The notes below the pieces were generated by a model. The model was not told the DNA's origin. It saw nothing but the letters and a program-made list of their open reading frames with translations, and made no database searches. From Treponema sp. (lineage in GTDB: Bacteria > Spirochaetota > Spirochaetia > Treponematales > Treponemataceae), in assembly GCA_024402595.1 (NCBI GenBank), contig JAKSTL010000002.1:15964-79963 (forward strand): a stretch of 64,000 bases of DNA. The letters run 5' to 3'. The translations under genes and the position numbers were made by a program. Of this stretch, positions 19,513-29,586 are shown in pieces. Every line of letters begins with the position of its first letter. Position 1 is the stretch's first letter.

Positions 19513-19630
19513 AAATTGATTAGTTATTTATATATAAAAAAAGTTATTTTTACAACCTTTATCTATAATCAGATAGTAAAAGAACAAAAACCACTCTATA
19601 AACTAACAGTTAGAATAAAAATGTTCAGAA

Positions 19631-20347
19631 TTAGAACAATTTGAATTCCATTCCAACACCACCATAAAGGAAGCGACGTGCATATTCAACAGCAGGATAT
19701 GTTGTGCCTGTTTCAACTGAATATCCGCCAACATCAATTGTAAGTGGAACTTCTTTCTTTGTAATATCCATAATGTAACGAGCTGATGCTACAACTCCAA
19801 GATGTTTTGTTAAGTAAAGTTTTGCATCAACACCAGTAATAAATGCAAAAGAAACTGATTTGAGATCCTTTGCTGCATTTTTTGCTGTGTCTGAAACATA
19901 TTTGTATGCATCAACAAGTTTTGCATCACGGTTTAATTCTGTAGAGAAATCAACACCTACACCACCACCAATTGTTAATTTCCAAAGGTCAAGGTTCAAC
20001 CAAAGCATAAGTGGAACATCAAAAGTCATTACATCATATTCAACTTTATCTTTCAATACATCTTTTGAACCAACTGTTGCAAGTGATGTATTGAAAGTAA
20101 CATTGCTCTTAATGAGAGTTGGTTCAAACTGGAGACCAAGACCTCCCAATAAAGCAAAGTTTGCATAAACTGAACCACCAAATTCAAAATTTGAATCTGG
20201 TTTAATATTCATTACAGTGTCTTTTGCACTACTTCCAGCGGCAACATTCTGGCCACCAATAACTTTTGCACCGATTTCAAAATCAAGAGCGAAAGAAGCA
20301 CTTACAAGTGTTACGGCTACAATAGCCAATGCAATAATCTTTTTCAT
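19631..20347 (-). CDS. Outer-membrane beta-barrel (porin-family-like) protein
   Basis: Start reassigned to MKKII (SD AAGGAG). Signal peptide, amphipathic strands, C-terminal YGGVGMEFKLF. Confidence 0.75.
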   Translation of the reverse strand: MKKIIALAIVAVTLVSASFALDFEIGAKVIGGQNVAAGSSAKDTVMNIKPDSNFEFGGSVYANFALLGGLGLQFEPTLIKSNVTFNTSLATVGSKDVLKDKVEYDVMTFDVPLMLWLNLDLWKLTIGGGVGVDFSTELNRDAKLVDAYKYVSDTAKNAAKDLKSVSFAFITGVDAKLYLTKHLGVVASARYIMDITKKEVPLTIDVGGYSVETGTTYPAVEYARRFLYGGVGMEFKLF

Positions 20348-20457
20348 TTTTATCTCCTTAAAAAAAGATTGTTTTCTATAGACGATATACATCGCTAAAA
20401 ACTTTTTTTTTATATCTAAAAAAGGATTGTCACTACACGGAATATTATAATTCTTTT

Positions 20458-21063
20458 CTATGAATTTACAACCTTTTTTATTGCAGCTAAAAGTTCAGAA
20501 TATTCAGTAAATGCTGGATACTGTGGGTATTCTTTGATGATTTTCTCTGTCGATCGGAACAAGAAACCTGCTTTTGAAGCTTGAATCATTCCAAGATCGT
20601 TGAAACTGTCGCCAGAGGCAATTGTGTCATAACCAATGGATTGTAGAGCTTTTACTGTTGTGAGTTTGCTTTTTTCGCAGCGCATTTTATAACCAGTAAT
20701 TTCTCCAGATGGTGCTACTTCAAGAGAATTGCAGAAAATTGTTGGATAACCAAGTTTTGCCATTAATGGACCTGCAAATTGGCTGAAAGTATCGCTAATG
20801 ATGATAACTTGTGTAAATGAGCGTAATTCATCAAGAAACTGTTTTGCGCCAGGCATTGGTTCAATTTTTGCAATTGTTTCCTGAATCTCTTTTAAGCCTA
20901 AATTATGTTCTTTTAAAATATTGATTCTGTACTTCATCAATTTATCGTAATCTGGTTCATCACGAGTTGTACGACGCAATTCAGGAATACCAACTGCATC
21001 AGCAAACGCAATCCAAATCTCTGGAACCAAAACACCTTCTAGATCAAGACAAGTAATAAACAT
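20458..21063 (-). CDS. thrH: Phosphoserine phosphatase / homoserine phosphotransferase
   Basis: CLDLEGVLVPEIW, TTRDEPDYD, ISDTF, GDSFND. Confidence 0.95.
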   Translation of the reverse strand: MFITCLDLEGVLVPEIWIAFADAVGIPELRRTTRDEPDYDKLMKYRINILKEHNLGLKEIQETIAKIEPMPGAKQFLDELRSFTQVIIISDTFSQFAGPLMAKLGYPTIFCNSLEVAPSGEITGYKMRCEKSKLTTVKALQSIGYDTIASGDSFNDLGMIQASKAGFLFRSTEKIIKEYPQYPAFTEYSELLAAIKKVVNS

Positions 21064-21223
21064 TCAAAACCTCTAATTATTTGTGGAATACAATATAACA
21101 TAATGTATTTATGAAAAGATGTCAAAAATAATCAATTATTGGCGTGGGATTAAGATTCGGTTTTTGACAAAGGATTGGCGGCGAGATGAATAATTAGTAT
21201 GAGATTTTGTTTGAGGATGATTT

Positions 21224-21624
21224 GGGGTCTGTCCCCTTTTTATGCTTTTTATGCAAAACAATCAGTGTTATCTTTGAGGTCTGTCTCCTTTGAGTTTCCA
21301 TTGGAACATTTCGGGGTCTGTCCCCTTTGTATTACAACCTAAATATATCAGGGACAGACCTCTGGCTTTTTTTTTGTATTGTTCGCTAGAAATTCATTTA
21401 GATTACAGCATGATGACTGTCCTTTGCATTTGTGTCGTAAAATCACATTCTTCTACTGTAATTTACAGTTTGCGAAGGTATGGAGGGCCGCGGAAGCGGG
21501 TACGAACCTAAAAGGTGAGTACCAACCGTAGGGGCGCCCGGAACACCGTTAAGTGGTTAAGATAAACTTTTTGTAATAAAGATATTCACAAACAATCTTG
21601 CTCGCCCAATAGGGGTCTGTCCCC
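21224..21624. repeat. Cluster of 5 GGGGACAGACCCC-type repeats in mixed orientation, flanking element B
   Basis: Minus-oriented copies at 21224, 21276 (variant), 21313 and 21612. Plus-oriented variant at 21350. Confidence 0.85.
21470..21557 (+). repeat. Structured GC-rich intergenic element, copy B
   Basis: TTGCGAAGGT-ATGGA-GGGC...GCCC-GGAAC-ACC-GTTAAGTGG. The internal ACGAACC-loop-GGTGAGT arm is also present in copy A. Confidence 0.8.
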
Positions 21625-21695
21625 CTTTTACACTTTTCCACATCTTTATCGCCCATCTTTCAACGCCCGCAAAAAATTGATAAAATCCAACTGTT

Positions 21696-22184
21696 ATGAA
21701 AAAAACTAATGCAATGAGAATTTTGGAAACCGCCGGAATTGCTTTCGAGACTTATGAATACGAGGATGATGGCGAACATGTTTTAGAAAAAGGAGCTGCC
21801 GTAAGACTTGCCGAAAAACTTGGCCAAGATCCAGGGGCTGTTTTTAAAACCATCGTTATGCGTACAGATACAAAAGAAATCTGTGTTTTTTGCCAAAGTG
21901 CCGTGTCCGAAATCAATCTAAAAAAAGCCCGTCAAGCTGCTGGGTGTAAAGAAATAAATCCTGTAAAACCCGACGAACTTTTAGCCCTAACCGGTTACAT
22001 TCGCGGTGGATGCTCGCCCATTGGTATGAAACGCCCTTTCCGCACATTCATTGACGAAACCATTATTCTGTACGATACAGTTTGCATTAGCGGTGGTCAG
22101 CGAGGAGTACAGATAAAACTTGCACCAAAAGATTTAATTGCAATTACCGAAGCTACAGTAATTGATTTGGAGTTAGAAAAATAA
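21696..22184 (+). CDS. ybaK: Cys-tRNA(Pro) deacylase
   Basis: KTNAMRIL, VFKTIV, TGYIRGGCSPIG, SGGQRG. Confidence 0.95.
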   Translation: MKKTNAMRILETAGIAFETYEYEDDGEHVLEKGAAVRLAEKLGQDPGAVFKTIVMRTDTKEICVFCQSAVSEINLKKARQAAGCKEINPVKPDELLALTGYIRGGCSPIGMKRPFRTFIDETIILYDTVCISGGQRGVQIKLAPKDLIAITEATVIDLELEK

Positions 22185-22186
22185 TT

Positions 22187-24718
22187 ATGACAAAATTGAC
22201 AGATTTACTAGGAAAAGAAATTTTATTTTTTGATGGTGGAAGCGGAACTATATTACAAAGCATGGGATTAAAACCCGGAGAACTGCCAGAAACCTGGAAC
22301 CTTACCCACCCCGAAAATGTTGTAAAATTAAACTATGACTATTTTGCAGCTGGCTCAAACATTGTAAATACCAACACCTTTGGCGCCTTCTACACAAAAT
22401 TTCCACTAAATCTCGAAAAAATCATCACAGCCGCCATAGACAACGCCAACCACGCCCGTCAGCAGGCACTCCAAAATTTCCAATCCACCCACGCCGCCCC
22501 AAATTATTTCATTGCCTTCGACATCGGTTCCTGCGGCAAATTGCTCAAACCCATGGGAGACCTAGATTTTGAAGACTGCGTAAAACTCTATTCAAAATCC
22601 TTCGAAATAGCCTTCAAATGCAACATCGACTGCGTACTCATAGAAACCATGAACGACGGATACGAAACAAAAGCCGCTGTTCTAGCCGCAAAAGAAACCA
22701 TGGAAAAACTGAATGTAAAATTCCCAATCATAGTTTCCAATGTTTACGACAAAGAATGCAGAACCCTAAGTGGCTCTACCCCAGAAACAATGGTCGCCCT
22801 GTTGGAAGGCCTTGGAGTCGACGCCATTGGTGTAAATTGCAGCTTAGGCCCACTAGAAATGAAAGAAACCGTCCGCCGTTTGTGTCAGGCAGCAACAGTT
22901 CCCGTTCTCGTAAAACCAAACGCAGGCTTACCAAAAGTTGTAGACGGGAAAACCCTTTTCGATGTTCCCGTTGAAAAGTTTGCCCAAGCCATGAAAACCA
23001 TTTCAGAATACGGCCCAATGATTCTCGGTGGCTGCTGCGGAACAACCCCAGAATACATCAAAGCCATACAAGATCTAAAATTTTCAACCCCAAAGAAAAA
23101 TTCTCTCTCTACACCCAAAGAATTCAAAACCATAATCAGCTCAAATTCACAAACCGTAGAATTTTCCGACCAAAAACCATGCGTCCTCATTGGCGAGCGC
23201 ATAAACCCAACAGGAAAAAAGAAATTCAAAGAAGCCCTGCGAAACAAAGACATAGCCTACATCATCCACCAGGGCATTGAACAAGAAGAAGCCGGAGCTC
23301 AAGTTCTAGATGTAAATGTTGGCCTCCCAGAAATAGACGAAAAAGAAATGATGGTCACAGTCATAACCGAATTACAATCAGTCACAGAATTACCATTACA
23401 AATCGACACATCATCTCCAGAAGTAATGGAAGCCGCACTCCGCAGATACAACGGAAAACCACTTATAAACTCTGTAAACGGAAAACAGGAAGTAATGGAT
23501 GCCGTCTTCCCACTGGTAAAAAAATATGGCGGCGTTGTAATAGCCCTAACTCTCGACGAAAACGGAATCCCCGCAAACAGCCAGGGACGCATCTCCATCG
23601 CACAAAAAATCTACACCGAAGCCCAAAAATATGGCATACAAAAACACGACATCATCATAGATCCACTAGCCATGGCCATCAGTTCCGACACAAAAGCCGC
23701 CCTTGCCACCCTCGAAACCGTAAAAGCCATCCATCAGCAGGGGGGACGCACCTCTCTCGGTATTTCCAACATTTCATTCGGCCTCCCCAACCGCGAGTTT
23801 GTCACCGCCAGCTTCTTCACCCTCTGTATGCAAAACGGACTTAGTGCCGCCATTATGAACCCGCTCCAGCAAGAAATGAAAAAAGCCTATCACACCTTTA
23901 ACCTGCTAAACGGCCATGATGAAAACTGCACCAACTATATAGAATGGGCAACTAAATATGGGGAAAGCCTTCCCCTCGCTCCAGCCGCCCCAGTTTCCCA
24001 CAGCTCAACTGCGGCGTCTTCCGCTACCCCTTCCAACGGGGCACCCCAATCCACCAATGAGCCCCGTAACGCCCCAGAACAACTTTCGCCATTAGCCAAT
24101 GCCATCATCCACGGCCTAAAAGACGATGCCGCAAAACTCACAAAAGAACAGCTGCAAACCACCGACTCCCTGGAAATCATCAATTCCCATCTAATTCCAG
24201 GCCTAGACTTTGTAGGCAAAAAGTTCGAACAGAAAAAAATGTACCTTCCACAATTGCTCATGGCCGCCGAAGCCGCAAAATCAGCCTTCAGCGAAATCCG
24301 ACAATACATGGAAAAAACAGGCACAAAAGGAGATTCCAAAGGAAAAATCCTAATTGCCACAGTAAAAGGCGACATTCATGATATTGGAAAAAACATTGTA
24401 AAAGTGCTTCTAGAAAATTACGACTTCACCGTTATAGATTTAGGAAAAGATGTTCCCCCAGAAACCATCGTAGAAGCCTGCAAAAAAGATAAAATTAAAC
24501 TGGTAGGTCTTTCCGCCCTTATGACAACCACCGTTGCCAGCATGGAAGAAACCATCAAACAATTACGCAAAGAATGCCCTTGGACAAAAGTATGCGTAGG
24601 AGGAGCCGTAATGACCCAGGAATATGCAGACCAAATTGGCGCCAATTTTTACGGAAAAGATGCCATGGATACAGTCCGTTATGCCTGCTCACTGGCCGAC
24701 CAAGGTGAATTAGAATAA
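22187..24718 (+). CDS. metH: Cobalamin-dependent methionine synthase (Hcy-binding, pterin-binding and B12-binding domains; no C-terminal reactivation domain)
   Basis: DGGSGT, GVNCSLGP, GGCCGTTP, IGERINPTGKK, GDIHDIGKNIV, LSALMTTT. Confidence 0.92.
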   Translation: MTKLTDLLGKEILFFDGGSGTILQSMGLKPGELPETWNLTHPENVVKLNYDYFAAGSNIVNTNTFGAFYTKFPLNLEKIITAAIDNANHARQQALQNFQSTHAAPNYFIAFDIGSCGKLLKPMGDLDFEDCVKLYSKSFEIAFKCNIDCVLIETMNDGYETKAAVLAAKETMEKLNVKFPIIVSNVYDKECRTLSGSTPETMVALLEGLGVDAIGVNCSLGPLEMKETVRRLCQAATVPVLVKPNAGLPKVVDGKTLFDVPVEKFAQAMKTISEYGPMILGGCCGTTPEYIKAIQDLKFSTPKKNSLSTPKEFKTIISSNSQTVEFSDQKPCVLIGERINPTGKKKFKEALRNKDIAYIIHQGIEQEEAGAQVLDVNVGLPEIDEKEMMVTVITELQSVTELPLQIDTSSPEVMEAALRRYNGKPLINSVNGKQEVMDAVFPLVKKYGGVVIALTLDENGIPANSQGRISIAQKIYTEAQKYGIQKHDIIIDPLAMAISSDTKAALATLETVKAIHQQGGRTSLGISNISFGLPNREFVTASFFTLCMQNGLSAAIMNPLQQEMKKAYHTFNLLNGHDENCTNYIEWATKYGESLPLAPAAPVSHSSTAASSATPSNGAPQSTNEPRNAPEQLSPLANAIIHGLKDDAAKLTKEQLQTTDSLEIINSHLIPGLDFVGKKFEQKKMYLPQLLMAAEAAKSAFSEIRQYMEKTGTKGDSKGKILIATVKGDIHDIGKNIVKVLLENYDFTVIDLGKDVPPETIVEACKKDKIKLVGLSALMTTTVASMEETIKQLRKECPWTKVCVGGAVMTQEYADQIGANFYGKDAMDTVRYACSLADQGELE

Positions 24719-24819
24719 AACTGAACTTAAACACATACAAACTGTAATTCAGCAAAATGTCATACATCAAACTGAGTATACAACATTCTCACTCAACGAA
24801 TAATCGAATAATGGAATAA

Positions 24820-25689
24820 TCAAATATTCAAAAGATTACTCAATTCCACCATCTCCTTTAGCGCCTTGGCATTTTTTGCCCCATTGCCATTAGGATGATT
24901 GTTAAAATACACATGCACCTTCTTGCCCTTGTTGTAAGCATCATTTATAACAGGCACAAACTTAGAAAGTTCCTCGTTGGAATAGTCATAATCATATCTG
25001 GCAGAACCATTTTTCTGTCCATCCGCCCCTTCATTAACAGCGTACCAGGCCCCAGCATTCCGCCCATGCAATCTAATATACGCATTCGGTCCCACAAAAA
25101 CACTAGTCTTTTTAATCGACTCCGCCCTTTCCACTACATCCGCCAATTCCCCAATATTCATATCCGGCAGATTTTTCAACTGAGGCATATCGCAAAAACA
25201 AAGACTGCAATTCAATTTTTCCAGCCCATCAAAAACAGATTCCTTAATCCATTCCTTATGCCTAAACTCTACCACCACAGGAAATCCGCAAAACTCTTTA
25301 AGCAAATCCCCAAGATAAAACCTGTTATCCCTGCTATACCGAAAACTCTCCGGAAATTGGAACAAAATCCCACTCAGCACACCTTTTTCTTGCAAAGGAG
25401 TCACTGCCTTCTTAAAATCTTCAGCATAATTTTTCCAGTTTCCGTCAACCTCGTGGGTTAACAACCGATTAGCCTTTACACTAAAAAATACCTTTCCTTC
25501 CGTGCGAGCATAAAAACCTTCCATCCGTTCCGCCGTAGGCATCCCATAAAAAGAAAAGTTCAGTTCCAAAGCATTAAAAACCGTAGCGTAATAAGACAAA
25601 AAATCTACCCGCTTTACTTCTTCCGGATAAAAAACGCCCTTCCACTCAGGATAATCATAACCGCTAGTTCCAATCAAAAACTGCGCCAT
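24820..25689 (-). CDS. DUF72 family protein
   Basis: IGTSGYDYPEW, ELNFSFY, LFQFP, EFRH, YIRLHGR, YFNNH. Probable start at MAQF. Confidence 0.92.
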   Translation of the reverse strand: MAQFLIGTSGYDYPEWKGVFYPEEVKRVDFLSYYATVFNALELNFSFYGMPTAERMEGFYARTEGKVFFSVKANRLLTHEVDGNWKNYAEDFKKAVTPLQEKGVLSGILFQFPESFRYSRDNRFYLGDLLKEFCGFPVVVEFRHKEWIKESVFDGLEKLNCSLCFCDMPQLKNLPDMNIGELADVVERAESIKKTSVFVGPNAYIRLHGRNAGAWYAVNEGADGQKNGSARYDYDYSNEELSKFVPVINDAYNKGKKVHVYFNNHPNGNGAKNAKALKEMVELSNLLNI

Positions 25690-25700
25690 TCTATCAAACC

Positions 25701-26861
25701 CTAACAATATTCTCCAAACTCACAGCCCACATGCTTAGCTTCAATTTCATCCAAAAGCACCTTTTTACTACCAGCTTTTTTCCACAGCTTTACAGTACCT
25801 TCTCCCGTTCCGCCATTCCACAACCGATTATGCCTTTTTTCCCCATCTGGAGACTCATAATTCACCAAAAGCATTTCCTGCTTCTTACACCGTATTTCAG
25901 TTTCCATTACAGCGCTAACCGTTTCCTGCCTGACAAACCAAACTATCTCAGAGTCAGTTTCCTTGCAATCAAAACTTGTCCTGCAAAAAGTCCAGAACTG
26001 GGAAAAATTAAACTCGTAAGATTTGCCCTCATACCAAAAATCACTTAAAAGCTTGCGGTCCAAAGCAATTCCAAAAACCTTTGGCTTACCCCCACCAATA
26101 TCAAAAACAGAATCTTGCAGCTTTTTTCCAGTAATTTTACTTACTAAATCATTAGAAGAAAGCCAAACCCAAGGAGAAGTAAAATTACTACCCCAGTTTT
26201 TATCTGCATAACCAAAACTAACTTCTGGTTTTATAATATATTCCACACCATTCGCAATAACAGTGCCACTATATTCAGTTTTCATTCCTTCCGCATGCCA
26301 GTACATTTCAAAGGCCTTAAGCTTTCTAAATAAAGCTCCCGCACCATAGCCCACATTAAAAGTTACTTTTTTAGAAACCTTCAAATCCCATTGCATACTT
26401 CCAGCATTACACATCCATTCAGAATGTTCCACCGAATCTTCCAACGCAATTTCCACAGACCCCTTCAAAGCAGTTTCGCTGGCAAAACAATCCAAAGCCT
26501 TTATTTTATAGCCCTCTTTATCATTAGAAAGCTCCACATCCTTCCAAGGAATAAACCTGTGCAGTTGAGCTTTTTCCAGCCCCCACCAGCCCGCTTTTAC
26601 CATAAGATAACTTGGTTTTACCCCAGCCGCCTTATTTTTCTCTAGTTGACCACAAATTGCCTCTTCTCCAGGAGTTTTAATTCCGCCCCCAGACTGATTC
26701 GCCAATTTCGGATTACATGTAAAATATTCAATAAAAAAAGATTTTTCTTCCCCAGTTTTTGCATTCACCCCAGTAAAATTATGCCACCACCAATCATACC
26801 CCTGTTTTGCAAAAGAACCGTCCAGCATTCCATAGTCTCTTTTCAAATCTGATTTATTCAT
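25701..26861 (-). CDS. Tocopherol cyclase-like family protein
   Basis: GYDWWW, MYWHAEGM, GYADKNWGSNF...WVWL motifs. Confidence 0.8.
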   Translation of the reverse strand: MNKSDLKRDYGMLDGSFAKQGYDWWWHNFTGVNAKTGEEKSFFIEYFTCNPKLANQSGGGIKTPGEEAICGQLEKNKAAGVKPSYLMVKAGWWGLEKAQLHRFIPWKDVELSNDKEGYKIKALDCFASETALKGSVEIALEDSVEHSEWMCNAGSMQWDLKVSKKVTFNVGYGAGALFRKLKAFEMYWHAEGMKTEYSGTVIANGVEYIIKPEVSFGYADKNWGSNFTSPWVWLSSNDLVSKITGKKLQDSVFDIGGGKPKVFGIALDRKLLSDFWYEGKSYEFNFSQFWTFCRTSFDCKETDSEIVWFVRQETVSAVMETEIRCKKQEMLLVNYESPDGEKRHNRLWNGGTGEGTVKLWKKAGSKKVLLDEIEAKHVGCEFGEYC

Positions 26862-26948
26862 AATTCCACCTCAAAAAAAATAAGACTCAAAGGCATTCCG
26901 TCTTTCACCTTCAAATCTATCAAATAAAAACTATTCTAAAAAATAAAA

Positions 26949-27188
26949 CTAATACCTAATATCCAAAATATACCCAGAATCTTCATCCTCCACAGGACTG
27001 TCCCCCTTCAAAGCTTGCTTCAAACATTCCTTAAAAGAAAGATTTTCCGGGTTGGGATATTTTTTCTGAATATACCTGCGTATTTCCGTCATTTCTTCAT
27101 GTTCCGCAATAGAAGCTTCAATCTGTTTTAAAACTTCCTTCCGTTCTTCCTTGGAATAACCTCGAACCGCATCAATTCTATCCGACAT
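26949..27188 (-). CDS. Small hypothetical protein (79 aa)
   Basis: Co-oriented ORF 9 bp downstream of the HAD gene, with plausible composition. Confidence 0.6.
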   Translation of the reverse strand: MSDRIDAVRGYSKEERKEVLKQIEASIAEHEEMTEIRRYIQKKYPNPENLSFKECLKQALKGDSPVEDEDSGYILDIRY

Positions 27189-27197
27189 ATTTCTACT

Positions 27198-27851
27198 CTA
27201 TTTAAGCAAAAACTTTCCAAGAGCCTGTACCGAATCAACAATATAATCCGCGCCAGCCTCTTCCAGTTCTTCCCTGTTTCCATATCCAAACAAAACACCA
27301 CAAGATTTAAGCCCGTTCAACTTAGCTCCATCAATATCGTGATGTCTGTCCCCCACCATTAAAACCTTCGATTTATCCGAAACTCCACATTTTTCCAAGG
27401 CATAGGCAATAACCTGAGCTTTATTTCCTCTAGTTTCGTCCATATTACTGCCACAAATAAAATCAAAATATTTCGATAAATCAAAATGCTCCATAATTCT
27501 TAAAGAATAAATCTCAGGTTTCGAAGTAGCAACCGCAAGCCTTTTCCCAGCAGAACGCAAATCCTCCAGCAAACGAGGAATCCCTTCATAAACCTTGTTT
27601 TCAAAAAGCCCCTTGTCTGCAAAATATTCCCGATATTTCACCACCGCTTCAGCCGTTTTCTGGTCATCAAAACCACAAAAATCCTTAAAAGTCACCGGCA
27701 GTGGAGGCCCAATAAAAGTAAGCAAAGTTTTATAATCCGGGCTTTCCATTCCAAAACACTTAAAAGCATGCTTAAAAGAATTAGTAATACCTTCCGCAGG
27801 ATCAGTTAAAGTTCCATCCAAATCAAAAAAAATATAATCAAAATCTTTCAT
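27198..27851 (-). CDS. HAD-superfamily hydrolase (phosphoglycolate phosphatase / 5'-nucleotidase-like)
   Basis: FDLDGTLTD, FIGPPL, VATSKP, MVGDRHHD. Confidence 0.92.
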   Translation of the reverse strand: MKDFDYIFFDLDGTLTDPAEGITNSFKHAFKCFGMESPDYKTLLTFIGPPLPVTFKDFCGFDDQKTAEAVVKYREYFADKGLFENKVYEGIPRLLEDLRSAGKRLAVATSKPEIYSLRIMEHFDLSKYFDFICGSNMDETRGNKAQVIAYALEKCGVSDKSKVLMVGDRHHDIDGAKLNGLKSCGVLFGYGNREELEEAGADYIVDSVQALGKFLLK

Positions 27852-27910
27852 TCAAACCTCTAAATATTTTTTAGCCAGGCAAAAGGCCAATATTAAATTA
27901 CAAAATGCAA

Positions 27911-28015
27911 ACCACTAACGGCCTTCCGCACTTCGCTACCGCTCATCGTCCTCGTCGCCCTCCACTACCGTTCCGGGCTCCTGTGGTCGACTAACGGTGC
28001 TCCACGCCTTTGCAA
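27911..28015 (-). repeat. Structured GC-rich intergenic element, copy C
   Basis: Minus strand reads TTGCAAAGGC-GTGGA-GCAC...GTGC-GGAAG-GCC-GTTAGTGG, with an internal GCCC-GGA-AC..GT-GGA-GGGC arm. Confidence 0.8.
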
Positions 28016-28025
28016 GTTCCTTTTC

Positions 28026-29576
28026 CTAGAACTTTCCTCCACCAAGAGTAAAGTCCAAATTAAATAAAACCTTTGGTTTAGAATCCAAATCATGCAAAGT
28101 CAAATATGGCCCTGCAGAAATTGTAATTTCATTAGTTGGTGTATAATTAATTTTTGCAAAAGCTGTTATAGCATTAAACACAGATTTTAAGTTGCTAATA
28201 ACTGTATTGGCAGTGTCCGCCATTCCCATACTGTTAAGAATAAAATCGTTCAATTCGTAGTCAACATCATCTCTGCCTACATTAACCATACCAAAAACAG
28301 TAGCCGTAATATCTTTTGTACCAAAAATACGACCAAAGTTTGCCAGTACAGCAAAATTGTGTCCCTGAGTAATAGTTGGAATTGAACCTTTTATAACCGA
28401 AGCTACCAGTTCTTCATCAAGCTTTAACTGACTGGAAATTAAAGGAACCAATTCAATCTTATCTACATCATTTCCATCGTAATAATACTGGCCCGCCAAA
28501 GTAATTCCAGGATCCTTCCAGTTATACATAAAACCTACAGTTCCTTTAAAAATACTTGTTTTATCAGACCATTTTGTTTCTTTAGCCCATTCTGAACTTC
28601 CACCATATTGATATACCGCTTCACCAAAAAGATTAAGTTTTTTAACACTTCCGCTGGCAGTCATCATTGCTTTAGGCGCATTATCTTTCTTAAAGTATCC
28701 ACCCATTCCAATTTCCCAACCACCTAAAACCAGTTCTCCCTTTCCAGCAAAGGCTGTGTCTTTCAAATAAGAAGTTGTAGTTTGTCCTGCAAAATCTGTA
28801 GAAGGAATAAGGTAAAGCCACAAACAGTTCTGAGTGTTAGGAAATGTTATCTGTGTTCTAAGATTCAAACAACCATCCACTGGAGCCGAAGTATCCTCTG
28901 GATTTATGGAAGAAGTATTTATTAAATCACTTACAGGGCTAAAGAAAAAACCAGTTCCCCAGGTAACCGTATGAAGTCCAAATCTAAAAAAGGCACAATC
29001 TGCTACCGAAAAGTCTGTAAAGATTTCTTTTACTTTAAGAAAATCCGATACTTCTGTCTGAACTTCGGTGCTATAAATTGTATTGCCAAACATTGGCGTT
29101 CCTGTAGTTCTTGCCGCAGAATAAGCAGTTGTTTCACAAGGATAACCAAGCCAGAACTTAGTGTACATTCTTAAATCCTGTCTTGGACGAGCATCCAAAA
29201 TAAGGTTTGCATCTACAGTTGGTTTAAGAGTTGTGTCCTTTATATTTTCCCAAAAGTTCTTGTCATCGTCAGCATAAACCACAGAGGAGGTGCCCATAGT
29301 AGTTGTAAAGTTTCCGCCAATTTTTACGCTTCCGTTTTCAAACAGAACACCTTTACTCAAATCCGAAGTTGCCTTTACTTCCACCAGTTCTTCAATTCCA
29401 TCATCAAAGAACAAGTCATCTTCCAAAGAACCACCAAATAAATCGTCGTCAGTAGTTCCACCAAACAAAAAATCATCGTCGACATTTCCAAACAAATCTT
29501 CATCGCTTTGAGCAAAAACTGTGGATGTCAGTAAAAGTGTTATAAACAATAAAGCTAATTTCTTAAAACTTTTCAT
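28026..29576 (-). CDS. Probable outer-membrane beta-barrel with acidic DDLFG repeats at the N-terminus
   Basis: Signal peptide, FRFGLHTVTWGTGFFFSPVSD motif, many amphipathic strands, C-terminal Phe. Confidence 0.7.
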   Translation of the reverse strand: MKSFKKLALLFITLLLTSTVFAQSDEDLFGNVDDDFLFGGTTDDDLFGGSLEDDLFFDDGIEELVEVKATSDLSKGVLFENGSVKIGGNFTTTMGTSSVVYADDDKNFWENIKDTTLKPTVDANLILDARPRQDLRMYTKFWLGYPCETTAYSAARTTGTPMFGNTIYSTEVQTEVSDFLKVKEIFTDFSVADCAFFRFGLHTVTWGTGFFFSPVSDLINTSSINPEDTSAPVDGCLNLRTQITFPNTQNCLWLYLIPSTDFAGQTTTSYLKDTAFAGKGELVLGGWEIGMGGYFKKDNAPKAMMTASGSVKKLNLFGEAVYQYGGSSEWAKETKWSDKTSIFKGTVGFMYNWKDPGITLAGQYYYDGNDVDKIELVPLISSQLKLDEELVASVIKGSIPTITQGHNFAVLANFGRIFGTKDITATVFGMVNVGRDDVDYELNDFILNSMGMADTANTVISNLKSVFNAITAFAKINYTPTNEITISAGPYLTLHDLDSKPKVLFNLDFTLGGGKF

Positions 29577-29586
29577 TTTCAGGTCC

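Noticed and set aside
12859-21511. Short ORFs 12859..13116, 16701..16898 and 21290..21511
   Set aside because: They are chance read-through of repeat arrays and structured elements (GTDP/GQTP translations of the repeat).
22187-24718. metH as a truncated pseudogene
   Set aside because: Three-module MetH with a separately encoded reactivation domain is a known architecture, and the ORF is intact with its catalytic motifs.
24797-24820. (C/G)GAATAAT x3 microrepeat
   Set aside because: It is too short and low-complexity to support a function.
21470-28015. Structured elements as integron attC sites
   Set aside because: Some copies end in GTTAAGT or GTTAGTG, but there is no matching RYYYAAC inverse core at the other end, they flank housekeeping genes, and there is no integrase.
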